Assembly: GCA_964016885.1 (NCBI GenBank) | Contig: OZ024743.1 | Span: 355,198,001 to 355,262,000, forward strand | From: Eledone cirrhosa | Lineage: Eukaryota | Length of the DNA stretch: 64,000 nt | Reading direction: 5' to 3' | Shown here: one piece after another, positions 1 through 13,149 of the stretch | Numbering within the stretch: the stretch's first letter is position 1 | Layout of the letters: each line of letters opens with the position of its first letter | Notes under the pieces: generated by a model | The model's input: only the letters and a program-made list of their open reading frames with translations | Told to the model about the DNA's origin: nothing | The model's database searches: none | Made by a program: the position numbers and the translations under genes

Positions 1-186
1 ACATATATATATACATATATACATACACATATACATTTATATATATACATATATATAAATGTAAACACATATATATATACATATATATATATATGTATAT
101 ATATTTGTATATACACATATATATATACATATATGCATACACACACACACATATATATATATATACATATATATAAATGTACACAC

Positions 187-248
<62 letters not shown>

Positions 249-648
249 AAATGGCATCAAGAAAAGCAGCATTTTAAAGGAAGCATGTGAAAAATGAAAA
301 GTTCTCGTATATTTAAATATCTGTACACTCATAATTTATGAAGCTCTACATCACACACACACACACACACACAGATATACACGTAAATAAAATGAAGGAC
401 GCATGCCTACATACACTAACACATACACGCTCATACACACACACAGTCATATATATGTGTGTGTTGGTGTGTGTGTGTGAAAGTGAGAGAGAGCGTGTGT
501 GTGTAAGCATGTGTTCTTTAGTTCGTTTATCTGTTAGTATGTGGCGGAGATCTTCATAAATGATGAATGTAACTATATATATACATATATATATATATGT
601 ATATGTGTATATGTTTATGTATACATACACATCTCCTCTCCCTCCCCC

Positions 649-687
<39 letters not shown>

Positions 688-748
688 CATACATATACAT
701 ATATATATATATATATATATACATACATACATACATATATATACATAT

Positions 749-822
<74 letters not shown>
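1..822. repeat. Compound (TA)n/(CA)n/(CT)n microsatellite tract
   Basis: Dinucleotide repeats are directly visible. They explain the YIYI/HTHT pseudo-ORFs. Confidence 0.95.
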
Positions 823-825
<3 letters not shown>

Positions 826-1042
826 AGTATCTTATACATATAGATATGTGTGTATGCACGCACATACACATATTCCCATATTCGCTGTATGTATTTTCCT
901 ACCCTCATGGATACCACTTTGAATGGAACTAAATTAATATTTATCTATCTATATATACTCTTTTACTCTTTTACCTGTTTCAGCCATCCGGCTGAGGCCA
1001 TGCTGGGGCACCGCCCTTGTGATATATATATATATCTCCCTA

Positions 1043-1083
<41 letters not shown>

Positions 1084-1100
1084 CTCTCTCCCCCCCCCCC

Positions 1101-1135
<35 letters not shown>

Positions 1136-1232
1136 GGAACGGTCGACTTTTTTGTCAAATCGGACCGAGGGAACAATGTTTCCGTTGGTCTTTCCAATTG
1201 CTAATACTATCTATCGGTCGCAACTCCAGGTA

Positions 1233-1356
1233 GAAGGAGCAACGTGAAATAAAGTGTCTTGCTCAAGGACATAACGCATCGTCTGGTCCAGGAATCGAAC
1301 TCACAACCTTACGATTGCGAATACAATTCTCTAACCACTCAGCCACACGCCTTCAC
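1233..1356 (-). mobile_element. tRNA-derived SINE head fragment
   Basis: Minus strand reads gtgaaggcgtgtggctgagtggttagag (A-box-like) ... gagttcgattcc (B-box) ... tgtccttgagcaagacacttt. Confidence 0.7.
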
Positions 1357-2519
1357 TTATATATATATATATTTAATTCTGCCCTTCTGCCTATCTATCC
1401 AGTTATTTCTATCCACGTGTCTTAATTGCATCTTTCTTTAGAAACGTTGTAAACAGATAATGATTCCTCAGATAAACAGTTTTAATAAAAGGCAATATGT
1501 TGATATATTAAAAATCTTTGACTATCATAGGTATCTCTAAATATTTTTTACCTGAGCATAAACAGTAACAATAACAACTATGCGTTTGCGAATGGTAATG
1601 CTAATGTCTCACTTAGGCACATAATCACACATTTAAGGTGAGAGTTAGGCATTTAAATCAATTACAATACTTAACTCATATCTACATTTTATCTACCCTC
1701 AAAAGAAAGTTGATGTTAACCTCGGAGTGATTTGAACTATATTGATTTGGAATAAATATCTAAAGTATTTCGACCTATGTTCTAACGATCCATGAATAAT
1801 TTTAAATTATCAAAATAGTATGTCATTGAACTAATGTTGTGTTTTCCTCGCCGCATAACTTTTATGAGAATTTTATATATTTATGTTTGGTTTTTACTCA
1901 CTGCATTACATATGTTAACGTTTAAACATTTGATTAGCTGATTTGGCTCCATAGCCCTACTAGTACAATTCGGGCTTTCCCTACTCAACAACAAACATTT
2001 ATAAACGGCAGAAACTTGTATAACATAGCTCTTGGGAAAGATTGAACACATGATTATTTTTATTGCCAGTGTTTAGATTCCTTATTCCTAGTCACAAGAC
2101 CATTTACTCTCTTTTTCTCATGCACTGATATTTATATTATTAGTCTTAAATAGATATAAAAGCAAAATATGTTAAAAGAAATTCAATCTTGAAAGAGTGT
2201 AGATCATTCGTAACTACTAGAAAACATCTAGAACCACATTGTAATATCTTTTTCCAATAGAGAAGTGCGGTCTTACTAAGGAGTGTGGTCTTACTTAGAA
2301 GAATGATCCTATATACACAGTACTTCCCAAATTAATGGTAACTAACAATATGAAATCTTAGCTTCAGTGAAGTTGCTGACGTCGCCATTGTTATGAGGGC
2401 ACAATGGAAAAAGAGGGCTGGCTTGTGTTGAGTGTACAACACGTGTTAGGATGCAAAACAGACCTTATAGAAGAAGAAGAAGAAGAAAAAGAAGAAGAAG
2501 AAGAAGAAAACATCCTAAT

Positions 2520-2696
2520 AATTGTTTCTACTTTTTGCCACAAGGCCAGCAATCACCCAGTACATTACTGGTACTTTATTTTATCGACCCCGTAAGGATG
2601 AAAGGCGAGGTTAATCTCGGCGGGATTTGAACTCAGAATGGCAAGGGCCGTAAATCTCTGCGTCAAACCCTCTACCGACACTGCCAATCAACCGCC
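2520..2696 (-). mobile_element. tRNA-derived SINE (main family of this window)
   Basis: Minus-strand tggcagtgtcgg (A-box) and gagttcaaatccc (B-box). The core gcctttcatccttacggggtcgataaaataaagtaccag is shared with more than 10 copies in the window. Confidence 0.85.
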
Positions 2697-3050
2697 ATTC
2701 AGAAGAAATCTTAATAATGATCGTATATAACAAAGTACTCTCTGAGCTCTATTTTTTCCAGTTCATTTCCAACATGTACAATAATTAGTGTTGTTGTTGA
2801 TCTTTATCTCCAGAGCAACCTTGATTGAGAAATCTGTTATTAGTAGCCATCAAGCCATGCCGATCATATCTTTTTCTCCAGACAGTATTCAAGGATGGTA
2901 GAATCGAACACTTATCTGTTTTATCTCCACCAATAGGACATTCAGTGGATTCAGACAAGGTCATTGTTCTCAGGATAAATTCTTCTCGTCAATCCTGGGA
3001 CACAGATAAAACTCAATGGTACTGCCCACAAATAAAGCAATTTCGACATC

Positions 3051-3626
<576 letters not shown>

Positions 3627-3820
3627 TGTAACCCATTAGCAACCACGCAGCACGTTTATTCTCATATTAACACATATTTTTTCTCTCGCTATGACCCGTC
3701 TATTTCGTTCTTACTGCTTTCTCTTTCTCTGTATCTTTACCCTCTCTAACAGGTCACTCTCTCTGTTAGCCTCTTCCTCACCCTTCACTCACTCACTCTC
3801 TGTTACTACCTCTCCTCCTC

Positions 3821-4020
3821 NNNNNNNNNNNNNNNNNNNNNNNNNNNNNNNNNNNNNNNNNNNNNNNNNNNNNNNNNNNNNNNNNNNNNNNNNNNNNNNN
3901 NNNNNNNNNNNNNNNNNNNNNNNNNNNNNNNNNNNNNNNNNNNNNNNNNNNNNNNNNNNNNNNNNNNNNNNNNNNNNNNNNNNNNNNNNNNNNNNNNNNN
4001 NNNNNNNNNNNNNNNNNNNN
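3821..4020. other. Assembly gap (200 N)
   Basis: Run of n characters. Confidence 1.
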
Positions 4021-5019
4021 AATGATGATAATTCCTTTTATTGGCTACAAAGTTCCAATATGTTTGAGATAGCATAAAAGCGAAATATGAGCGCGACCAA
4101 CAAACCAGAAACAGTAATTCTGGAGTTTGGTAAAGAGGCTTTAAGAAGTAAATAACAGTAAAAAAGCAAACAAAACAACACCAAGGAATAACAACAATAG
4201 AGAGCTAACACTGTATGTAATTCCAAACACTCCATAGGCAACCTAGTTTGCCCTGATACACAAAATGTAGCCAGCCTAAAGCCTCCTATGTTGAGTAAGA
4301 CCATTTAGCCACACCAATTTTGGAAGACGGTATATATCCGTCTAACTCCACCTACCGCTTCATGCGACGCTTAAATTAGTTCTTCTGCCATCATAATCAA
4401 ACTGATATGGTTACCCACATTTCATTAACAAAGGGAAGTGGTGTATCAATTTTCGTTATAGACTCGTCTCTGAGCTGGATCCGTTTGACATAAGCTCACA
4501 AAATTCAGCAGTGTACAAATATTGAATGAACAGATGTCTCGCCCTGCACATCTGCCAAACAGTTTTGTTTGCTGACAATTTCACCTTAGATATCACTAGA
4601 GAATTTATGATAACATTTTCAAACATGAAACATTTTCAAACATGAAACCATCTTTTCATGAAATACTTTAAATATAAATTTATTCAAAAGCCAAAAAAAA
4701 AAAAAAAACCTGTTTTAGTAAGAAAAAAAATTTAAAAAGGGGAAACAAAAGGAAAGGAAGGATAGGGAAATATAGAATGAGAAATTCATTTCGTACAGGC
4801 AAAGCTTCTAACTTGTAGCATTGCCAAGCAATAATGATGATGATGATGACCATGAATATGAGAATGATGATGACCATGACGACGATGGTGGTTTATTTGT
4901 TGACCACAGGGGTCCCAAATATAAGATACATCTTTTTATACAAAAGATTGCAAATAAATATTTTGAGAGAGAATATATCTATAATAAACAGGGAAGGTGG
5001 AAAATAAGAAATAAAACAT

Positions 5020-5089
<70 letters not shown>

Positions 5090-5344
5090 TTTAATTTTGT
5101 ATTTTATTTAGATACGATGGAGTAACTAGGGCAAAACAAAAACAAAGGGGGCCAAAATAACCATCATGTTTATAGAATATATGACGAAAACACTTTGACA
5201 ATTGAATAGCCATCCGGTTACTAAACCGATAAATGGACTAATAAATGGTTTAGTTAACTGAAGTTAAACTCAACTGGTGCGTGTATTTTTATTGGAAACG
5301 TAACACTTTCAAATTATAACAGCATGTACACATGCACCCCCCAC

Positions 5345-6290
5345 ACAACTCATCTCTAGGCTCCGCTGAACACTCTGTGTCGCCGTCTACATTGATCAAA
5401 GTGGCCGTGGAGTAACCGACAGATTCACGGAGCATCTTCGGCACAGCCGGGTCAACAATCCCTCAATGGTCTTCCGACATTCTGCTGTTTCTCCACACGT
5501 CGCCTTAATGTCTTTGGTTTCGCGTCCTGCATCAGACACGCCGACTCACATCGCCAGAGCGAACAGCAGCTTATTTATTTCTACATACCTCAATCCTTTA
5601 TGACCAGAATTATCCATTCCTCTTCCTCTAATCTGCTCCTCCTACCACACCCCATACCCATCTCCCACCCATAAGTATATTGACACACATGCACTATCTC
5701 TGCCCCATATAGAAACACTCACACACACATTTAGATAAATTATATATACAACAATACTACTAAACGAACACGTAGAAACACAAACATACTCTCACACACA
5801 CAAATCCGCGCATGCGTATACACACAATCATGCTCACTTAGTGTTATATATTATTACGTTGCTATGACGGTCATTATGTAATTTATTTTCACTACACTTA
5901 TTTCCCGTTTTGAAGTTAGGTTGTGACTTTCTTCTCGTATTTCTTCAATTGATAAAACCATAGACCAACCACGCACATATAACCATGTTAATGCACTCAG
6001 ACATACATACACACCAGCACAAGCAATGTATGCCCCACTCCAACAACACATGCGCACATAAGCACAAAGTAGAATCATATACAACACACACACTCTCATG
6101 GCCATCTCTTTTTTCCTCTTTTATCTATGAACCCCGTCTTTGTATTTCTTCTACTCTTACTCTCTGAGCCTTATCTTTATATTTCCTCAACTTCTGATGA
6201 ACGACTGACGCCTAAAACGTTACACTTTCCTTTTTCGTTTTTGAAATGTGAAGCTAATAAGTCTATTGTTATTGTATCGCTGTTTTCGTC
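5345..6290 (+). mobile_element. Decayed Penelope-like element 3' end (GIY-YIG remnant plus pLTR with degenerate HHR)
   Basis: From 5385 it translates VYIDQSGRGVTDRFTEHLRHSR...EQQLIYFLH, resembling the second half of a GIY-YIG domain. A ctgatga...aaaacgtta remnant lies at about 6194-6222. Confidence 0.6.
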
Positions 6291-6296
6291 GTTCTT

Positions 6297-6357
<61 letters not shown>

Positions 6358-6936
6358 CGTATGTTTGTGTGTGTGTGTGTGTGTGCGCGCGCGCGCGTAT
6401 GTTTGTGTGTGTGTGTGTGTGCGCGCGCGCGCGCGTGTCTGTGAATGTATAAGTTACACCAGTGCGAATAATACCTAACAATACTAGTTCATAATCCCGG
6501 AAAATAAATATTAGCAAAATATTTAAATAACGAGAACAATTAAAAACAAATAATGATGATATTGAAGGATATTTGTGAAAGCGATATGTTAATTTATGAC
6601 TGGCATTTTATATATTCTTTTCATAGTATAAGTAATGTGTTTCAAATGTTCGTACTAATAGCCAATTAGCCACCATTTGTAAGAGAACAAGTGAAATCAA
6701 CATTAGGGAAATACAACATAAAACAATTAATGATAAAAAGTAGAAGTTAAAGGGGGAATGCATACTTTGAACTTAAAACAAAAAATACTAAATCTTGCGT
6801 GAAATAAATTCCGCATCGACGAAAAATAGGAGAGGCATGCTAGAAACAGCAACGAAATATTAAAATCATATCCAACAATCTATAAAAGGAAGGAAATATA
6901 GAATAATGTTGTCCTGTCCCCACGATAATTGGAAAT

Positions 6937-7050
6937 AATTGTTTCTACTTTTGGTCAGCAATTACACCCAGTGTATTACTGCTACTTTATTTTATCAGCC
7001 TAGGCGGGATTTGAACTCAGGACGCAAAGGGCTATAACTCTATGCTGCAG
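6937..7050 (-). mobile_element. SINE, partial copy of the main family
   Basis: ggcgggatttgaactcag plus the tail ttgtttctacttttgg. Confidence 0.75.
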
Positions 7051-7160
7051 GGCCATAAATTCTTCTTCGTCGTGAGTTTCAGCCCAAGGTTAATGTATCC
7101 CCCCTCTCTCTCTCCCTCACTCTCTCTCTCTCTTTATATATATATATATATATATACACA

Positions 7161-7267
7161 TACTGAGTGTCCTCAAAAAATGTATACACACTTCAACAGC
7201 ATTCTAATAAATATTGCCGGAACAGGTAATCAAAGTGTGTATGCATTTTTTTTTGGCACACCGTGTA
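7161..7267. mobile_element. Tc1/mariner-type MITE
   Basis: Imperfect ~30 bp TIRs (ctgagtgtcctcaaaaaatgtatacacactt / aagtgtgtatgcatttttttttggcacaccgtg) flanked by TA. Confidence 0.65.
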
Positions 7268-7271
7268 TGTG

Positions 7272-7322
<51 letters not shown>

Positions 7323-7902
7323 TATTAAGATATCAATACATATGTAATGTATGATGAACATGTTTCTCAACAAATAACCTTAATGGACGTTGGTTGAAAG
7401 TACCAATAATTCAAATTTAATGATATAGAGAGAGTGAGAATCATATATTGTTTGAGAAACACATAGTATTTTGTGCACATTTATAAATCAAATGATATTC
7501 AGGAAAATATACATAGTTTAATGTAGGAAAAGCCATTTTCCCCCTTTCAGCGCCGTTTCATAGTCCCAAAAAACCAACCATCGATTTTGGTTAAGCAGCG
7601 GACGATGAGGAAATATTCATCAGAGGAATTGTACAAATTACCTTTATATCTGTCGAAATCCGAGAGTTTGGTGTCAAAGAAGGTTTAACTGCCACGACAG
7701 ATATAAATAAGACTGTACGTCGTCTCCGCTAGAAAGTGCTGCGATATACTAGTCAGAGCTGAACCAATTCAACGAATTAATAAATTTGGAGAAGTTATAT
7801 ACTATGTCAAGTTATCAACAAGCAAGTTATATTTAATATGTATGATAAACATGTTTCTCAATAAATAAGCTCAATGGACCTTGGTTCAGCGTATCAATAA
7901 TC

Positions 7903-10190
7903 GTTGGTATTTTGGGGTGTAGTGTGAGTGGCATTTAGGTGTGGGTTTTTCATTTGGTGTTTGTTGTAATATTGGGTTGTATGTTTGAAGTATTATTGGT
8001 GCAAGGTATATAGACTAATTAGTCTATATACCTTGCACCAATAATACTTCAAACATACAACCCAATATTACCAACGAACACCAAATGAAAAACCCACACC
8101 TAAATGCCACTCACACTACACCCAAAAATACCAACCTAAAACTTAATTTCTTTACCTCTTCTCACATAAAATATAATGACTTTCAAAAAACCATTCATCC
8201 TAATACTCCAGACTAAAACACTTAAATCAGTTAATCTAACTAAACCTATATATAATAAATTCACTAATAGTAACTCTCTTAGTAAACATCCTGATACATC
8301 GTATAAATATAAAAAACAATATCGAAACCGTAATAGACGGGTTACTTGGTATAATGTTCCATTCAATCTACAAATTAAAGATAATATCCCTAAAAAATGT
8401 TTTACTATCCTAGAGAAAAACTTCCCGCCAAACCATAAATACCATCAAATTTTAAAAAGATCAACTGTCAAATTTTCCTACTCTACTACCAAAAATATAC
8501 AACAAAATATAAGTGCGTACAACGCATATAAATGTAAAAAAAAACACGAATATACCACCAACCATAATACTAAAATAAACCGCAACAAACCACCATCTCC
8601 TTCACATATAACAAGTCGAGTAAATTCCACACCAAATTTGACTAACTCCCCTGATATAATATTCACGAATGGTTGTAACTGTAGAAACAAAAGAAATTGC
8701 CCATTAAAGGGAAATTGTCTTATTAATAACATAGTCTATAAAATTAGCACCAAGGACTCCATTTATTCATATATAGGAGCTTCGTCTAGCCAATTTCAAG
8801 TAAGATTTAATACCCACAAACATAGTTTTTAAAATGCCGTATTAGCTAATACAACATCCTTGGCTGAAACAATTAATAATTATAGAAAAAAGAATATCGA
8901 TTACAACATGACCTGGAGTGTGCTCAAAAGTGGCACCCCTTATCAAAATAACAGATATGAGTGTAGATTATGTTCACAGGAACTTTTTGAAATAATGAAA
9001 TCTAAGGATATCCTATTAAATAAGCGACAAGAATTAATTATATCTTGCAATCATAGAATTAGAAGAACCTTCAAATATTATAAACCTAATTAATATACAC
9101 CTTACACTTATATTTTACATATTATTATAATTAGATTTTTTATTTAGTTAACCTATAATTAGTATTTTACTACAGAGAACTTCATAATTTTATTTCCCTC
9201 TTACAGCTCTATTTCCCTAAAATTAATACCTAAAAGTATACATATAAATTAATTTAATTTCCTGTTATGAATCTAGATTCCTTGTAGTTTATAAGATTGG
9301 TATTTCTCACTACTACCCTTATCCCAAAATTTTATTTTCCTTCATTTTTAACAACATTTAATAACATCTAATTCTTATTTATCACATCCATATGAAGTAA
9401 TATAAATTTATCCCTATCAATTAATTTAATTTCTTGTTATAGATCTATATAAGTATACCTTATAGATCTATATAAGTATACCTTATAGATCTATAAGTAT
9501 ACCTATCAATTAATTTAATTTCTTGTTATAGATCTAGATTCCTTGTGGTTTAAATAAGATTGGTATTTCTCACTTACCCTAAAATTTTACTTTCCTTCAT
9601 TTTTAACACTATTCTTTAATAATATCAAATTTTCGTGTACCCTTCACCGGCTTGACCTCTTTTCATCCCCAAAGTATTCTTTTCATTCAAAGTATTCTTT
9701 CCATTCAAAACATAAGTCTGCACCCCTCTACTCCTAAATTAAATTTCTACTACTATTATTCTATCAACTTGACCTCTTACTACTTTTCTATTGGTCAATT
9801 CAAAACCTGTTCCCAAACAGACCTATTATATTAAATTTTTGTTGTTTTTTTTTCAATAAACAAATCTCATCATTTCTGAAGACAGCATATATATGTGAAG
9901 GTATGTATATTTCCTCTGATAGTTTGTAATATTTTTACATAGATCTATAAATATGATATACATACCAACACACATATATATCCTAGAAACGATCGTAAAA
10001 TGATGAATTGTTTAATATAAGGAACTTGTTCTTTTTTTTTATTCATTGTTTTTATTAATTTATCTTGACTCTGTTTTCCTATGATTTTCATCGAAAATTT
10101 TTGAATGCATCTTCTCTTTTCATGATATTTGGATAACATTGAGTTCTTCATACGGATTGGACACTACCGTATATTTTGGTAGATTTATCT
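7903..10190 (+). mobile_element. 5'-truncated Penelope-like element (GIY-YIG region, 3' UTR/pLTR) with 5' fold-back
   Basis: ORF remnants at 8176-9093 read RVTWYNVPFN...CNCRNKRNCPLKGNC...IVYK...YIGAS...RFNTHKHSF...CRLCSQE...LLNKRQE and are homologous to the 43172-45284 element. One premature stop at about 8830. HHR at 9867-10006. Confidence 0.85.
9867..10006 (+). ncRNA. Type-I hammerhead ribozyme with ~100-nt stem II
   Basis: Stem I tcatcattt/aaatgatga (9 bp), CTGAAGA at 9876-9882, long stem II, GAAA at 9986-9989, palindromic stem III ACGATCGT, GUA cleavage triplet. Confidence 0.75.
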
Positions 10191-10240
10191 ACATATATAT
10201 ATATATATATATGTAGATACATCTACCAAAATATACGGTA

Positions 10241-10290
<50 letters not shown>

Positions 10291-10543
10291 TAAAAGAGAA
10301 AACACAGGTAAGCATTAAGAGAATTATATATATATATATAAGTATGTATACGTATATACATATATGTATACATACGTACAGTAGTATGTATATATATATA
10401 CATACATGCACACATATATATATGTACGTATGGATTCACCAAACATTTATTATAATGCTCGGTGTGTTTGGAAACAAACATCCCGTATCAAGCCGTAGTG
10501 TCTAGCAACCACCGTTGCTCGTTTGTTCAACACTGACAAAGGA

Positions 10544-10586
10544 ACGCTGTACTAGTGTCAAGCTTGTTAGCTATCGTCAGCAACGT
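10544..10586 (-). ncRNA. Minimal hammerhead ribozyme, array copy (GAAA->GACA, probably inactive)
   Basis: acgttg CTGACGA t-agct-aaca-agct-t GACA CTAG TA cagcgt. Confidence 0.7.
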
Positions 10587-10810
10587 ATACCTTCCTGCCA
10601 GATAGTTGAACGTCCGAAAGTATATACTTTCCTTATGCATATTAACGGCTGAGTAGCCCAATTTGCATATCGAGTAGGTTAATCGGCCGCGTACACCGAA
10701 AACGATAAACGGTAAATATGAAACGAAGTTTCATTTCCCACTCTTAGTACGGCTGTTACTTAAATATAAGTATATATACGTACATACATATATGTATACA
10801 GACTACAGTA

Positions 10811-10897
<87 letters not shown>

Positions 10898-11066
10898 CAT
10901 GCACACATATATATATATATATACATACATGCACACATATATATATGTACGTATGGATTCACCAAACATTTATTATAATGCTCGGTGTGTTTGTAAACAA
11001 ACATCCCGTATCAAGCCGTAGTGTCTAGAAACCACCGTTGCTCGTTTGTTCAACACTGACAAAGGA

Positions 11067-11109
11067 ACGCTGAACTAGTTTCGAGCTTGTTAGCTATCGT
11101 CAGCAACGT
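11067..11109 (-). ncRNA. Minimal hammerhead ribozyme, array copy
   Basis: acgttg CTGACGA t-agct-aaca-agct-c GAAA CTAG TT cagcgt. Confidence 0.8.
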
Positions 11110-11309
11110 ATACCTTCCTGCCAGATAGTTGAAAAGTCCGAAAGTATATACTTTCCTTATGTACATTAACGGCTGAGTAGCCAAATTTGCATATCGAGTG
11201 GGTTAATCGGCCGGGTGCACCGAAAACGATAAACGGAATAAATGAAACGAAATTTCATTTCCCACTCTTAGTACGGCTGTTACTTAAATATAAGAATGTA
11301 GGAAGGTAT

Positions 11310-11352
11310 ACGTTGCTGACGATAGCTAACAAGCTTGAAACTAGTACAGCGT
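11310..11352 (+). ncRNA. Minimal hammerhead ribozyme, array copy (intact core)
   Basis: acgttg CTGACGA t-agct-aaca-agct-t GAAA CTAG TA cagcgt. Palindromic stem III ACTAGT, GUA site. Confidence 0.85.
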
Positions 11353-11763
11353 TCCTTTGTCAGTGTTGAACAAACGAGCAACGGTGGTTGCTAGACACTA
11401 CGGCTTGATACGGGATGTTTGTTTACAAACACACCGAGCATTATAATAAATGTTTGGTGAATCCATACGTACAAATATATATGTGTGCATGTATGTATAT
11501 ATATATGTGTGAATGTATGTATTTATATATATACATACTACTGTACGTCTGTATACATATATGTATGTACGTATACATACTTATATTTAAGCAACAGCCG
11601 TACTAAGAGTGGGAAATGAAATTTCGTTTCATTTTTTCCGTTTATCGTTTTCGGTGCATCCGGCCGATTAACCCACTCGATATGCAAATTGGGTTACTCA
11701 ACCGTTAATATGCATAAGGAAAGTATATACTTTCGGACGTTCAACTATCTGGCAGGAAGGTAT

Positions 11764-11806
11764 ACGTTACTGACGATAGCTAACAAGCTTGAAACTTGTA
11801 CAGCGT
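11764..11806 (+). ncRNA. Minimal hammerhead ribozyme, array copy
   Basis: acgtta CTGACGA tagctaacaagctt GAAA CTTG TA cagcgt. Confidence 0.75.
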
Positions 11807-11944
11807 TGCTTTGTCAGTTTTGAACAAACGAGCAACGGTGGTTGCTAGACACTATGGCTTGATACGGGATGTTTGTTTACAAACATATCGAGCATTATAA
11901 TAAATGTTTGGTGAATCCATACGTACATATATATATATGTGTGC

Positions 11945-11997
<53 letters not shown>

Positions 11998-12003
<6 letters not shown>

Positions 12004-12228
12004 GTAGTTTAGAAAGCCACAACAATGCAGATGGGAAATCTCGAGGTAGGAAGTGAGTAACCCTTCTACCTTTGTTTTGTTTTCATTTTCGTTTCTCTCA
12101 ATTTTCACTTTTCTCCTATTTCTCACTCACTTCCTACCTCGAGATTTCCCATCTGCATTGTTGTGGCTTTCTAAACTACATATTTTACACATTTGACAAT
12201 GCTTCAAGCAAACTTTAACACCCTCTTA
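11998..12228 (+). mobile_element. Penelope pLTR fragment with ~60 bp inverted duplication, inserted in (TA)n
   Basis: Arms at 11998-12058 and 12125-12186. It ends atgcttcaagcaaactttaacaccctctt (MLQANFNTL), resembling the ORF start MPQVNYNFLL of the 52490 element. Confidence 0.6.
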
Positions 12229-12921
12229 TATATATATATATATATATATACTACTGTACGTCTGTATACATATAGGTATGTACGTGTACATACTTATATT
12301 TAAGTAACAGCCGTACTAAGAGTGGGAAATGAAATTTCGTTTCATTTTTTCCGTTTATATATATATCGTTTAAATGGAACATACAAACATCATACGTTCC
12401 TAATTAATACTAGGACACTCCAAGCATCAACAAAGGAATAAAGTGTTAGGTTCAAAATTCCAAACTCTTTAATAAATATAGGAAACACTCAGAGAAAGCC
12501 TGAAAGCACAGAAACTGAAGCATTGGGATCATGATAACCAAGGTGACAACACAAGATCAAATAAATCACGTTATGTTAACGACATTTTGAACAAAACAGG
12601 TGTTGTCTCCTCTTATTTCCTAGTTGCATTCCTTTATAAATGCAGTTTACTTGCATCCATATTGTTATCAACTACAATATGCAATTTTACACGAGGTGTC
12701 GCCTGCAATAAAAGAAGTCGGTAAATAGAAGACCTTTGTGCAGAAAACAATGGGGGCAACATTTCTCCCTCCCTTTTGCTGCAGTTAGAAATGAAAATAT
12801 TGAGAAGTTAGTCCGTGTACGCTAATCTATATACGCTTGTTGATGTATGTTATATACATACATATTTCATGCTCTCCCTCTCTCTCTCTATATATATATA
12901 TCTGTCTATCTCTCACTCTCA

Positions 12922-12954
<33 letters not shown>

Positions 12955-13149
12955 TCACTCTCTCACTCTCTCTCTCTCCCTCTCCTCCTTCTCACCGTTC
13001 CCTCGTTGTATGCATGTTTCTATGTTTGACGTATTTGACCTAGGTTTCTGATGACGATGATTTGTTTTTGTAATTATTATCATTAATATTACTCTTATTT
13101 CTATTACTGCCTTTCTTAGTAACTTCGTGTTACTAAGAAAGGCCAACAA

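Larger units (their letters stand above)
10330..12356. repeat. Non-coding ~450-520 bp monomer array (about two copies on minus, just over two on plus), one HHR per complete monomer; retrozyme/pLTR-like
   Basis: Near-identical monomers are separated by variable (TA)n and the orientation switches at about 11295. HHR spacing is 523 and 454 bp. Confidence 0.85.

Noticed and set aside
10661-10668. Octamer motif ATTTGCAT in the array monomer
   Set aside because: A single 8-mer in AT-rich DNA gives no supporting evidence of regulatory function.
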